A stretch of 64,000 nucleotides of DNA from Chiloscyllium plagiosum. Its lineage: Eukaryota. The DNA is taken from assembly GCF_004010195.1 (NCBI RefSeq), contig NC_057746.1, forward strand, positions 11,320,881 through 11,384,880, read 5' to 3'. The translations under genes were made by a program, and so were the position numbers. Each line of letters starts with the position of its first letter. Position 1 is the first letter of the stretch. The notes beneath the pieces were generated by a model. It was not told where the DNA came from and searched no databases. It was given only the letters and a program-made list of their open reading frames with translations. Positions 52,800-64,000 of the stretch are shown here, in pieces.

Positions 52800-53016
52800 T
52801 GTTTATTGCATTCAGCAGAAACAGGGAGAGTCGAGGAGAGAGGCGAAATGTCATCACCACAAATCCCAGGAATCCCATCCAGTACAAACATATAAATAGA
52901 AAGCAGGAGACAACAGCTTCGCTTCACTTGGAGGTCGCCACTGATGATGCGACCTTGCCGGGTAATGAAACGTCTGGATTTCAAACCTCCAGCTCAGCGA
53001 GCAAACCTACACCCTA
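52800..53016 (+). mobile_element. Penelope pLTR fragment
   Basis: aaacatataaatagaaagcagg...ccagctcagcgagcaaacctaca, shared with the 15640-15790 and 59690-59825 pLTRs. Confidence 0.8.
52938..52977 (+). ncRNA. Minimal type-I hammerhead ribozyme motif (stem II decayed)
   Basis: CCA-CTGATGA-t-gcgACC-ttgccg-GGTaat-GAAAC-GTC-TGG: both core boxes intact, stem I CCA/TGG. Confidence 0.6.
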
Positions 53017-54559
53017 AAAGTCATGCAATCTGCCAAAACATAGTCGCATAATGTGGATACACTCCAGTATATTTCCCTAGAATTCAAGTTAACTGCTCTC
53101 TCATTCTGACCCATCACACAAATGTTGCAATTTATGGCTTCCACGTTCCAATGTCACCCAAACACTGGAGTTGATGAGTCAGCTAACACGATGTGAAATA
53201 TTATTGCAAGAATTTTCCATAAATAGAAGAGTGAATCACTCCAAACAAATTAATCGAAAAGCTCCAAGGCTTATTTAACCACATTCCCTTGAGAGCAGTA
53301 AATAAATTAAAGCCTATTCATCCAATAAATATTACTACTGTTGCAACGTGTAACATGTGCTTCCTTCCAGTGAAATCTAAGTAGATGTTTTTTTTCCAAG
53401 AATTAGTATTTACGTTGGAAGTCATAGTCAATAATTTCCAATTTTTATTGAATGTTAGTGTTGTCCCTGAGAAGTCAGGGTTTGCAAGTGCTAAACGCTG
53501 CATAAAAAAATGCAGGTCGGAGAAAACCTGTACGTTGTAGACACAAAAAGCCAAGTTGAAAATGTAAACATAGACATTTTATAGATCAATAGTTAATGAA
53601 AAATATTAATTAATAAGTACGTTACAATTTCCAATTAAAACAAAACATTGTGAAGCCGTTTGACGTGGTGCAAGGTGTAACAGCAGTTTGCGAAATCAGA
53701 AGGAGAAAGGAGGATCGTATCAAAACTCGTGTTTCAAAGGTACGAACAGTCTTGTTAGGGGAGTCGTAGTTGACCATAAATTGAACTGAAGAGGCGATAC
53801 CTCTTCTGCGGCCACAGAGGCAGGTTAAAGGCTAGGAATCTTGCAGAGAAAAACGTATGTCCTGGCTCCCACAAAGCATATGCACAGTCAGCAATTTATA
53901 AGCCAGAAATTACTATTCCACATTGCATCATTAGCACAACTCCAATAACAATGAAGGACTTGATACAATCTAAATCAAAGCAGCAGCTTAATTGGAGCTG
54001 GATCCACAACATGCAGGAGATTGGCCATGGACGCTCACGAGCAGCAGTGTTTCCAATCTACAATGCACACTGCACACATTCGCCAAAGATTCGTAGACAG
54101 CATCTCCCAAACATGTGACACTTCCACATATTTGAACAAAGACAGCAAATACATCACAATGTTACCATCTGCAAACTACGCTGCATTCCACTCACCATTC
54201 TGTCTTGCATATACATATATATCACTATTTCTTCACTGTTAGTTCATCAACATCGTGGAATACCAACTCTAACGACATATTGGAATCCTGCCCTCCTGCA
54301 ACATGCTTGTAGCCACGTGTTCAATTGCTCTCTCTCCCTATTCCTTGCCTCGCTAGCACATGGTTTGGTAAAAATTTAGAGATAACAGTTCTTTTTCCTC
54401 TAGCTCTAAGCTTCCACCCTATCTCCTTGGATTTCTGCCTTACATCTGCATCCTGTTTGTTATATCATTGCTGCCTATATCGTTGGTGCCTATGTGGACC
54501 ACGGCTTGGGGCTACGGCCCCTCTCCCTTAAGGATCCCGGGAAAGAAGGATGGGTTACA

Positions 54560-55478
54560 CTTGAATTAGAGGGACACCAATATCTGGGGCTGGAGGCTTT
54601 TGAATGCTCCCCAGGAGCATTTAAAGTAGATGGGCGGAGCGATGGGAAATGGAGCTACGGATTAGATGATGGAGCAGGTCGTTCACAGCCAGATATAGTG
54701 TGCACGTGCACAGCATCTGTGAGGAGGAATAAACAGTTGGTAGCACATAGGTGCAGTGAGTGTGATGGGTTGAATCGTGTCTATTTTAATACAAAAAGTA
54801 ACAGCAGTTATGGTGATAAACTTAATACACATTTGGAAATATGATGTGGCCATGCCAGAGACTTGGATATCACAGGGGTAAGAATGGTTTTGGATGTTCC
54901 AGGATTGAGATGTTTGAACAGAAATAGAGGAGAAGTAAAAGAGGTTGGGGTGTGGTATTACTATTCAGGGATAGGATCACACATATAGACGGGAAGGTAG
55001 TTGACGAGGTTTGTCTACAGAAATAGCAAAGAAGCAGTCACTTTATTGGGATTTTTCTACAGACCCCCAATAGCAACAGAGACAAGGAGGAGCAGATTTG
55101 GGGGCTGATTTTGGAAATTTGCAGAAATAACAGGATTATTGTCGTGGCTGACTTTAAATTACCGAAAATTGATTGGAAACCCCTTAGTTCAAGTAGTTTG
55201 GATGGAGCAGTTCATTATCAGGCGTATCCTGGAAGGGTCCCTGAATCAGTATGTGGGTACGCTGACTAGAGGGGAGGCCATCATGGAATCAAGTCAAGAG
55301 GAAGAACAATGCTTACTCAAGTTTCAGGAGGCCAGAATCAGACAGGACTCCAGAGTGTTACAAGGTAACCAGGAAGGAACCGAATAATGAACTTAGGAAA
55401 TCTGGAATGGGGCATGAAAAAGCCTTAGCGATTAGGAGTAAGGAAAACTTTAGGTATTCTACACTATGCTAAAAAAAG
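54560..55478 (+). mobile_element. CR1 LINE ORF1 end and APE endonuclease remnant
   Basis: LNRVYFNTKS...DKL; GIFYRPPNS-like; TRGEAI. Confidence 0.75.
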
Positions 55479-55849
55479 GATGGCGGGGGAGTAGCAGGGA
55501 TGCGTGTGGGCTCTTTGGCCTGGTGCTCATCTGCTCCAGTCTGCTTTCTTCTATTTTCTTTACTTTTCTCTTTACCTTTGCTCTTTTCTATCTATTGTTC
55601 CTTTGTCGGTGTTTCTTCACTTTTCGTTAATAACTTTGCGATGGGTTAATCACGGCAGCCAATGCTGCTCCGGTCCCAACCTGCAAACTTATCTTGAAAG
55701 GCTGGGCCTGATCAGGACCAGAGCTGGGGCTTCAGGCCTGCGCCTAAAAGCCGCACTTCCTCCTTCCCTCCGGCCCTCCTCACATAATCCACACTTAACT
55801 GTCTATCAGTGGTCTCTCCTCCAGGTGGAGGCCCACGCCAAGGCCACTT

Positions 55850-56120
55850 CTCCAGTCCACAAATCCACACTCCGGACTCTCCCCATCCTTTCTTTATCCC
55901 GACGTTCCTACATTCACATCCCTTCCCCTTATATATCCCCATCCCTCCTATATCCCCAATCCTCCTGTGTCCACATTCCCATCTCTCATAAACACCAATC
56001 CTCCTGCGTTCACATCCTCTTCCCTCATATACTAACATCATATGTCCCCATTCGCCCCCATCCCTCACCACCTTTCATATACCCATCATCGCACACATAA
56101 GCACACCCTTATATACTCAC
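55850..56120. repeat. C/A/T-rich low-complexity tract
   Basis: Repeated cacatcc/ccccatcc units with almost no G. Confidence 0.7.
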
Positions 56121-56149
56121 CAGAGATTGAAAACTCTGACTTCAAACCT

Positions 56150-59020
56150 CCACTGCCGTGTGGGCATATCTCGTCATGGGAAAGGCTTTGTCAGTAAACC
56201 CTGAAGACAACTGCAGATTTGTTGGCCCTAAGGTACTTGGACGTTGTCTTCAACCTTTTTCTGGCAATTCCTGCAATGACACTGTTGCCACGCTGCATCG
56301 GCCCTTGCCCTGCTGTTGGACAGCACCGGTGCCATGGAGGGGAGAGGTCTGCTGCATAGGAAACTGCTGGTGTTCAATGCAACTCTACCAGGGTCTGCCC
56401 TGGAGAGGATACTCCAGTGTCCCTTTACCGTGATGGTATAACACGGGAAGTAGCAGTCAACTGGTTATATGGCTGCGCTCGTCTGGCATATAACACAGCG
56501 CCAGGTGTTCCTCTCGATGGAGTATGAGGGCATCGCACCTCAATGCACAGCTCCAGTCCGCCTCAAGCGGGAAGCCCCCAGGCAATTAGGTGCTGTCCTG
56601 CACCAGTCTGTCCACTCTGCTGGGTGTGTGGGACTTAGCGATACTAGTAACCAGAACTGCAGACTGTAAACACTGCACCAAGCACAGCAAGAAGACTAAG
56701 GAAGACTCCAGCACTCAGACTCGGATGCTGGAAGATACAGACCATGACCACTGGTATACTAGATGACATTCGGGACACATGCAATACAGTAGTATTTGAC
56801 AATGAACTGCTGAGACTCCAAGTGGATATCGCAACTCTTCCAGAGACAAGCCTCACAGAAATGGGAACCCTACGTGAAACAAAACACTGGCAGGGGAACA
56901 GCTCAGCCGAACCTAGAGAGCGTGGTGTCGGGTTTGCCATAAACAACTTGCTGTTGAAGGTAGTAGAGACCAGCGAGAACGGGGCGGAGTGGATTATCAC
57001 ATTTCGACTTCTGTGACCGGCCTGCCAACCTCATCTGCGTCTATGCCCCGAACCTCTACTCTACATAAAACACAAAGGACGCGTTCTATGACCAGCTGTC
57101 AATGATAATACATGGGATCCCAGGTCAGAAGCAGTTGCTGCCATTTGGCAACTTCAAAGCCAGAGTTGGCGCCCACAACTCTAGGCCAGGCTGCCTGGGG
57201 CGGTATAGTATTGGCTGTATGAATGACAACGGGCAACAACTATTCAAGCTTTGCATGATCCATGAACTTTGCGTCACCAACCCTTTTCAAGATTAAAGTT
57301 CCACACAAAGTGTCTAGGCGACATCACTACTCTAAACAATGGCTCCAGATAGACCTGATAATCACCAGACACTGACACCTGAGAAACGTACCCATGTCGT
57401 GCTCCTTTTGAAGTGCTGAATGTGACACGGATCACTCTCTGGTTTGCTGCAAGATCACTCTTCGGCCAAAGAAGATTAACTACGCCAAGCCTCCAGGCAA
57501 GCAACGCATCGAAGCCAGTAAGACCAAACATCCAGACAAAGTGGCGGATTTCATCACGTCACTGGAAGATGTGCTCCTTGCAGACCCACCAGAAGGAGAT
57601 GCTCAACAGAGATGGGACTTTCTGAGGGTCGCTATCCACAGCACTGCAATCAAAGCATTTGAGTAGAAACAGGGCAGGACACAGACTGATTTGAAGCAAC
57701 CTCAAGTAAGCTTGCCGCTGTCATTGAGGCAGAGTGTCTTGCCCTAGTAGAGCACCAACGCCACTCCACCCAGGCAACAGTGCAAGTGCAAAGGACAGCA
57801 AAAGGCAAGGCCCAGAAAACAGCCAGACGTTGCGCAAGTGATTACTGGCTATACCTCTGTGAAAGTATTCAGTCGTCATTTTACAGCAGCAACATCTGTG
57901 GAGTGTAGGAAGGGAGCAAGAAAACCATCTGTCCAACCCAGAGCAAGACAGCAACACCGAAAACCATAATAGGCGAGACCATCAAAGACAAAGGCAAGCA
58001 GCTGGAGAGATGGGTGGAACATTACTCTGAACTCTACTCCAAAGATAACAGCATTTCAGACAGTGCGCTGGAGACCACGGAATTCCTGCCTGCCATGGAG
58101 GAATTGCATTACACATGGCCGAAGTACTGAGTAAAGCAATCGACAGCCTACCCTCTGGGAACGCACCAGAATTGGATGTCATTCCACCAGAGGTCATCAA
58201 GTGCACAAAGGGCATCGTGCTAAACCATTTGCATGAACTGCTGCACCAGTGCTGGAAAGAGGGAACAGTGCTGCAAGACATGAGAGACTGCAATATTGTC
58301 ACCCTATGTAAGAATAAAGGGGACAGAAGCATATGTAACAATTACAGGGGAACCTCTTTTCTGAACATCATTGGGAAGGTCTTCGCCCACTTGGTGCTGA
58401 AGAGACTGCAGAAAACCGCCAAAAGTGTATATCTCGGGTCTCAGTGCAACTTCAGTTCAGAATGCCCCACAGTTGACACGATGTTGTCCCTTCAACAGCC
58501 ACAATTGAAATGTAGAGAGCAAAGACAGCTATTAAGCATTGCCTTCATAGACATCAGGAAGGCTTTTGGCCCCGTGATCAAAGATGGCGTGTTCAAAATC
58601 CTTGCCAGGATTAGCTATCCCCGAAGGTCCCTCAGGATCGTTCAGCCATTGCAAATAGACAAAAAGTGTGTCGTTCAGTTTGACGGCATTTCGCCAGAGG
58701 CCTTCAACTATTGCAGCGGAGTAAAGCAGGTCTGTGTTCAATCCCCCCTCCCACCACCCTGGGTCGGCATCTTCTTTGCAGTCATACGAAGTTGGAGCAA
58801 CTTATGCTGTCTACCTCCACACCAGATTGGAGAGGAGGATGTTCAGCCTGGCCTGGCTGAGGGCAGAAATCAAGGTTCGTGAAGTCATCATCAGGGCAAT
58901 GATTTTTTGCAGATGACACGGCACTGACAACACACTGGCAAGAGTAACTGCAACGCCTCATAGACAGCTTCTCAAGAGCCTAACAGGACTTCAGCTTGAC
59001 CATCAGCCTGAAGAAGACTG
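56150..59020 (+). mobile_element. RTE-clade LINE (APE and RT), 3'-truncated
   Basis: ELLRLQVDIATL.ET...GVGFAI (APE); AID.L.SGNAP.LD.IPPEV.K...W.EG.V.QDMRD.NIVTL.KNKGDRS.CNNYRG.S.L.I.GK; FADDTA at ~58905; ends after LTISLKKT. Confidence 0.9.
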
Positions 59021-59825
59021 GTAACGCATATATCCACTAGTTTGACGATGTTGTCCTTGGTGATGAAGTCTTTGGTTCTTCTAATAGTGTTGTTCATACT
59101 TCCTTGGCCAGGTTGATGTTGATGGATGTGTATTCAAAACGAGCAGGTACTCAATTACCACGATCCGCAGATTTCTCAGCAACAAAACCAAACAAGCAGA
59201 CAAAATGCATCCCGAAATCTTAGTCACTCTCCCCTACATCAAAGTCATCTCGGAAATAATTGCTGGACTACTCAGAACTCTTAGCAACAAACCCACCAAC
59301 ACAATAAAATACCAGGTAATTAAGTTGAAAGACTCTATACAGACAACAAACAAAACTAATTTCAATTACAAAATGTCTTGCAAGAACTGTAACAGGCACT
59401 ACATTGGACTATCAGGCAGAAAACTAGCCACCAGGATACATGAACATCAACAAACCACAAAAAGACATGACCCACTCTCAGCAGTATCCTTAAATACTGA
59501 TGAAGAAGGACAGAGACAACACATCCATCCTAGGACAAGCCAAACAGAGACATGCATGAGAATTCCGAGAAGCATGCCAAACCCACCAGAATTCTATTTC
59601 AAATACATAGCAAGATTCCATTTACCATCCCCTGAGATAAAGCACAGGAAATGACTTCACCACAGGAAATGATGTCACCAACCCAAAGAAACGTAAACAC
59701 ATAAATAAAAATTGGGCCATACCGCCAGTGCTTCACCGGAGGCTCGCTGATTATGTTACCTAGTACGGTGACGAAATGTCTGAAAACAAACCATCCAGCT
59801 CAGCGCGCAAATTTACATCCAGAAC
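59021..59825 (+). mobile_element. Penelope-like element (GIY-YIG endonuclease and pLTR); first ~100 bp apparently inverted
   Basis: ORF 59205-59654 LPYIKVISE...YKMSCKNCNRHYIGLSGRKLATRIHEHQ; pLTR with CTGATTA tgttacctagtacggtgac GAAA tgtc. Confidence 0.9.
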
Positions 59826-59829
59826 AACT

Positions 59830-62800
59830 GTCTCAGGCACATGACTTGGAATATTTTACTGGGAAGTTTGCGATGCTGATACCAAGCCCAAGATCTCCTT
59901 CTCAGTGGTGGAATATTTCTGTTGGTGGTTATTTAAGCATTGGTAAAATATTCTATCGGACTTTGTATTTTCTCATTGTCCTCATGCAAGAATGCAGCAC
60001 TGCCATCAGACCATTCGCATCGATAACCACATTGAATGGCTTTGTGCAATTATATGTGGCTACGACTGGCACAGTGGTGAACCCAGCTTTCAGACTGTTA
60101 AATGCTTTCTGAAATTCCTCAGTCCAACAAAATTGTCTGCGCCTCTTCAACAAGTCATTCAGTGGAGCAACCACACTGCTAAAATTCGGTACAAATGTAC
60201 TACAGAAACTACTCAAACCCCGAAAAGATTGTAATACCCTCTTTGCCGATGGGAAATTCTCCAATAATATTTAGTTTTTCACATGCCGTGGGGCCACCTG
60301 TCCATGTCTAATAAAATGGCTCAGGAACGTGATTTGCGATCATACAAACTCGCTCTTTGCCAGGTTTATCACCACACCTGCCTCACAAAGTCAATCAAAC
60401 AATTCTGATTGATGTTCCAAATGTTCCTTCCAAGCTTGACTAAAAACACCAGATCAATGGTGCATACCGCAAAATTGGGTATTCCAGAAGTGACTTTATT
60501 CATTATTGTTTGAAATATGGCAGGAGCATATTTCATACCATATAGCATGATTTTAAAATAGTAAAATAGTACACAATTTTTAAAAGCTGAAATGAATTTT
60601 TTTGTTTTGGATCAAGTTAACACCTGGTATACTCTTAGTTTATTCCTGATGAATGGCTTTTTGCCCGAAACGTCGATTTTACTGCTCCTCGGATGCTGCC
60701 TGAACTGCTGTGCTCTTCCAGCACCACTAATCCAGAATCTGGTTTCCAGCATCTGCAGTAATTGTTTTTTACCTATCCTCTTAGTAAGTCCAACTTAGAA
60801 AGTTAAATTGTTTGTCCCACATTTTCAATACAGTCTTTCAATTGTGGAATAAGAAACAAATAAGACATTTTTTTTAATGGCATTGACTTCTTGATAGTTC
60901 ATACATAATAATTGGGGACTAACCATCTTTGGCACCATTACTATGGGTAAGCATCATTGGCTGCAACTCACTATGATTGTGTTTTCTTTGAGCATATGTT
61001 CAATCTGTTTTTGAAACAGTGCAAACGTCTATAAGGATGCTGCTTATTGGAACAGGATTTTCTAAGTCTATGCCATCCACAACTTTATTTCTCAGTTTAT
61101 TCCTAAATATCTCTGCTCCAGACTGTTTTACACTTTTCAAGGTTTTTTTCGATTTTCCTCCAAAGGGTGACTTCGTCATTTTTCCCAATTCTTCAAAACT
61201 TTCTCATTGTCTAATTTGATTTGATGAATATAAAAATCAGAATCATCTGAACTTGCTTCCTCACTGTGTTCTAACGATTTATACATTGTCCTTTTGCATT
61301 TCTTCCTATCAAAAAAATTGTACATGTTCACATGACACTTTCTCTGAGATTTGTTTGTGTCTAGTGTTCTTATTAAGTAGTTCACCTCATTCAATTTACT
61401 TTAACTTTGATAAGGTCCAATAAATGTTACCTTTAAAGGTTCACCTGCCACTGATAGCAACACTTTACCTCCATTCACAAATTCGTGAATGATTGCTTTT
61501 TTGTCTGTTTCCTGTTTCACGGCATGTTGGGCAACTTTCAAGTGCTGTCTCGCCATGTCACCTACTCTATGCAATCTTTTCCGAAAATTTGACATTTACC
61601 ACAACGTCTCTAACCTCTGACTCACCAAATTCGTTTTAGTTATTGTCAGTGATGCTCTCATCTCATGCCCAAAAACTAATTCAAATTGATATAGGTTGAT
61701 TTATTAGTTGCATCATTTATTGCAAAAAAGTACGAATGCAATCCCCTGGAAGGCTTGACTACATACCCACAACGTGCTCTTTAAGGTTTGATGCTACTTT
61801 CGTTGATGTAATGTAAAATTTGACCCGTGTTCTGATTGTTTCTCTGTGGATCATCTGTATTTAGTTAAAATGATTAACACTTCTACAATCCTTTTAGACC
61901 TGATACGACATAATGTAAGGTCCTCTGGAAATCAAATAGACGGGTCTATTGTGGTCAGCAAGTCCTGATTCCAACTTTTTAATTTAGATAGGCACCGTAC
62001 ACAATCAATTAAGTCCCTTGCGAACGCATCCTCGAATGTAAATGCTAACTTTATAAGTGCCTGATGATTTCCAATTACTTGACACATATGACATGTCCAG
62101 TGAATCTCAACCACATTTGGATGCAGTCCAGTCCAAAAAAATATTCTTTTTGTTCAGGCTTGAGTTTTTCTCACTTTCGACATACCTCCTATTGGTGAGG
62201 ATTACTACCTGCAACACTTCCTTTCTGTAAGAACACGAGTACGACCACCTGATGAACTTGGTCCATTTCTCGTCCTTTTGAATATGTAATGGCCTCTATT
62301 TCGTCATCAAGAGTTTATTATTAAAGTAGTAACGTTCTGATATACGCTGAAGTTTTTCTGTGCATGATATTTGATACAAATATTTTAGTTGTTCACCTTT
62401 CTATTATAATTAAGTTAGTTTCTCTGAACTAAGAGCATCCACTTTGTCCTCCACCGTTTCTTGTTTCTTCTTCACCGTTTCTTGTTTCTTCTTCTTGACT
62501 ATCAAATATAGTCTCTGAAAATTCAACTTCATTTTTTTAATCTTTATTTTTTGACTTGTGATCTTGTTTCCCCATAGGCAAGAAAACTGCCAGGCCATAC
62601 TTTTGAAACAGCTCAGTTTTCTGATTTTTCAATGGCTTCTCAACCATGTAGCCATCAAGCCGACTGTGATCCAGCAACATCATGAGCAAGGATAAACTGT
62701 ATTAATGGATCTGCGAATTTTCTGTTACTCATACCATCATTCAATACATTTCACCGGGCTCTCCAACATCATTTCATATCATGTAACAGTGCTCTTCTCA

Positions 62801-64000
62801 CCACAATTTCCACATCGCATTTTTTTTTTCCTGGCAGAATCTTCTTGTCTCTCGTTATCAAAGATTTACTTGCTCTCGTATCTCTGAAAGATTTCTTTAC
62901 TTGCTACTCCTGGCATACGCTATTAAACTTTACCCTTGCAAGTAAATGCGAGAAGGAGATCTGGCACTTGCTTCTCAACCACCCACTGAGGGCAGCGTTT
63001 TAGCTTCCACTGTGTTTTCCATTACCACTTCAACAAAACTCATTGGCTTATTATATTTTCCGATGTACATCTACCCATTGCTTTTTCGAAACCACTAACA
63101 TTATGACTTATCGTAGCCTATTTTAATACAATGAAAACACCAGATTTTTTTTTCTGTTTTACTCTGTAGTAAACTACAGAGTAAAACACATTGTAGTAAA
63201 CTACATGTTATCTTCAATGACTTCTCGTTTTCACTTACCAACTGAAAATTCTCTCCACCCACCCCCAATTTCTCTCTCGCACATATTAAAATTTATGTCA
63301 GAGGCCAAACATTTATTTGTGAACCAATCCTTAATAATCTGACATTTCAGCTGCAAATCTTGCAGTCTTAACTCTCTGCTCTTCCACACGAGTTCTCAGT
63401 ACTTCAAAAAGTGAATATTTGAAATGCTTCAAAATAATTGTCTTTCTAAGTGTTCTCTGTTTGATCTTTTTTCAACATCCTTATCCACCTATCAAAATTA
63501 TTGTGTTTTATTGATTCAAACTCAACGTATCTTTGACCAGGTGTCCTTCTCAGATCATTAACGTTGTCTGTCGGCTTCTGGTACGAGCTCATTTGTACTT
63601 CAGATGGGATTTTCGCCTCATTATCCTCCTCAGATACCTCCTCTGATAGTAATGCAAATACCTCATAAGGTTTACCTACCAGCTTTATTTTGAACCAGCA
63701 GCAGCCGCATTGTCCCTTGCCAATTCATTTGTCTAGCCATTTGCTCAAATGAAATGAAATATACTTCTATATCGTTCTCATCGAACCTAGGCAACACTTG
63801 GACACAGAGCAGATTCCCACCAGGCTTTTGGCTACGATGAGATTTCTCTGCATCACTATCTTCATCAATGCTCTTACTTGTCACCTCTATATCTCCTACA
63901 TTTTAAAATGTCTTTGAGTTTTTATTGTAAGCTCCAAAGTTCAAAACACACTGTCTTTCTTCATTTCTTCTGCCAGGGCTATTCTTGACTTTTCGTTTGC
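59830..64000 (-). mobile_element. Gmr1-like Ty3/Gypsy element: gag, (protease), integrase, RT, connection/RNase H; runs off window
   Basis: gag LPRFDENDIEVYFISFEQMARQMNW (63672-63884); CFHCIKIG knuckle (~63115-63140); integrase TCHMCQVIG...IDCV (61932-62114); RT YGMKYAPAIFQ (~60510-60545); SFRGLSSFCSTFVPNFSSVVAPLNDLLK...KPFNVVIDA (59953-60264). Confidence 0.88.
60642..60762 (+). ncRNA. Minimal hammerhead ribozyme motif in a short Penelope-related repeat inserted in the Gypsy RT
   Basis: ATTC-CTGATGA-at-GGC-ttttt-GCC-c-GAAAC-GTC-GATT, followed by ctgctcctcggatgctgcctgaactgctgtgctcttccagca. Confidence 0.65.

Noticed and set aside
53318-53554. Candidate exon 1 for the 46650-47857 receptor
   Set aside because: Hydrophobic end but no YYP motif or GT donor; I could not locate exon 1 for this gene.
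55504-56100. 198-aa Pro/Ser/His-rich ORF
   Set aside because: Stays open because of low-complexity composition; no domain recognised.
58115-58882. Longest ORF (255 aa) as a host gene
   Set aside because: A fragment of the RTE reverse transcriptase, flanked by frameshifts and stops.
1-64000. CRISPR array, prokaryotic operon or defence system
   Set aside because: No regularly spaced direct repeats or gene-dense structure; the content is vertebrate retroelements and intron-containing pseudogenes.

Overview
Eukaryotic, repeat-saturated vertebrate DNA. It is most likely a cartilaginous fish (shark), inferred from V-SINE/HE1-type SINEs, abundant CR1-clade LINEs and an expanded GPR139/GPR142-like receptor family. 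I see no intact protein-coding gene. The non-repeat content is a head-to-tail, minus-strand array of two-exon rhodopsin-class GPCR pseudogenes: four exon-2 bodies, plus the exon 1 of a fifth gene whose body lies left of the window. About 11 kb (1-11.7 kb) is duplicated at 32.1-43.0 kb. The rest is nested retroelements: CR1 LINEs, one RTE-clade LINE, two decayed Ty3/Gypsy elements (one clearly with Gmr1-type integrase-before-RT order), five SINEs and many Penelope-like (GIY-YIG) fragments. The most striking hidden signal is that at least three different Penelope-related repeat families carry minimal hammerhead-ribozyme motifs (CTGANGA...GAAA...NUH) at their ends, about a dozen copies in all. 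Coordinates were read by eye, so repeat boundaries are approximate.
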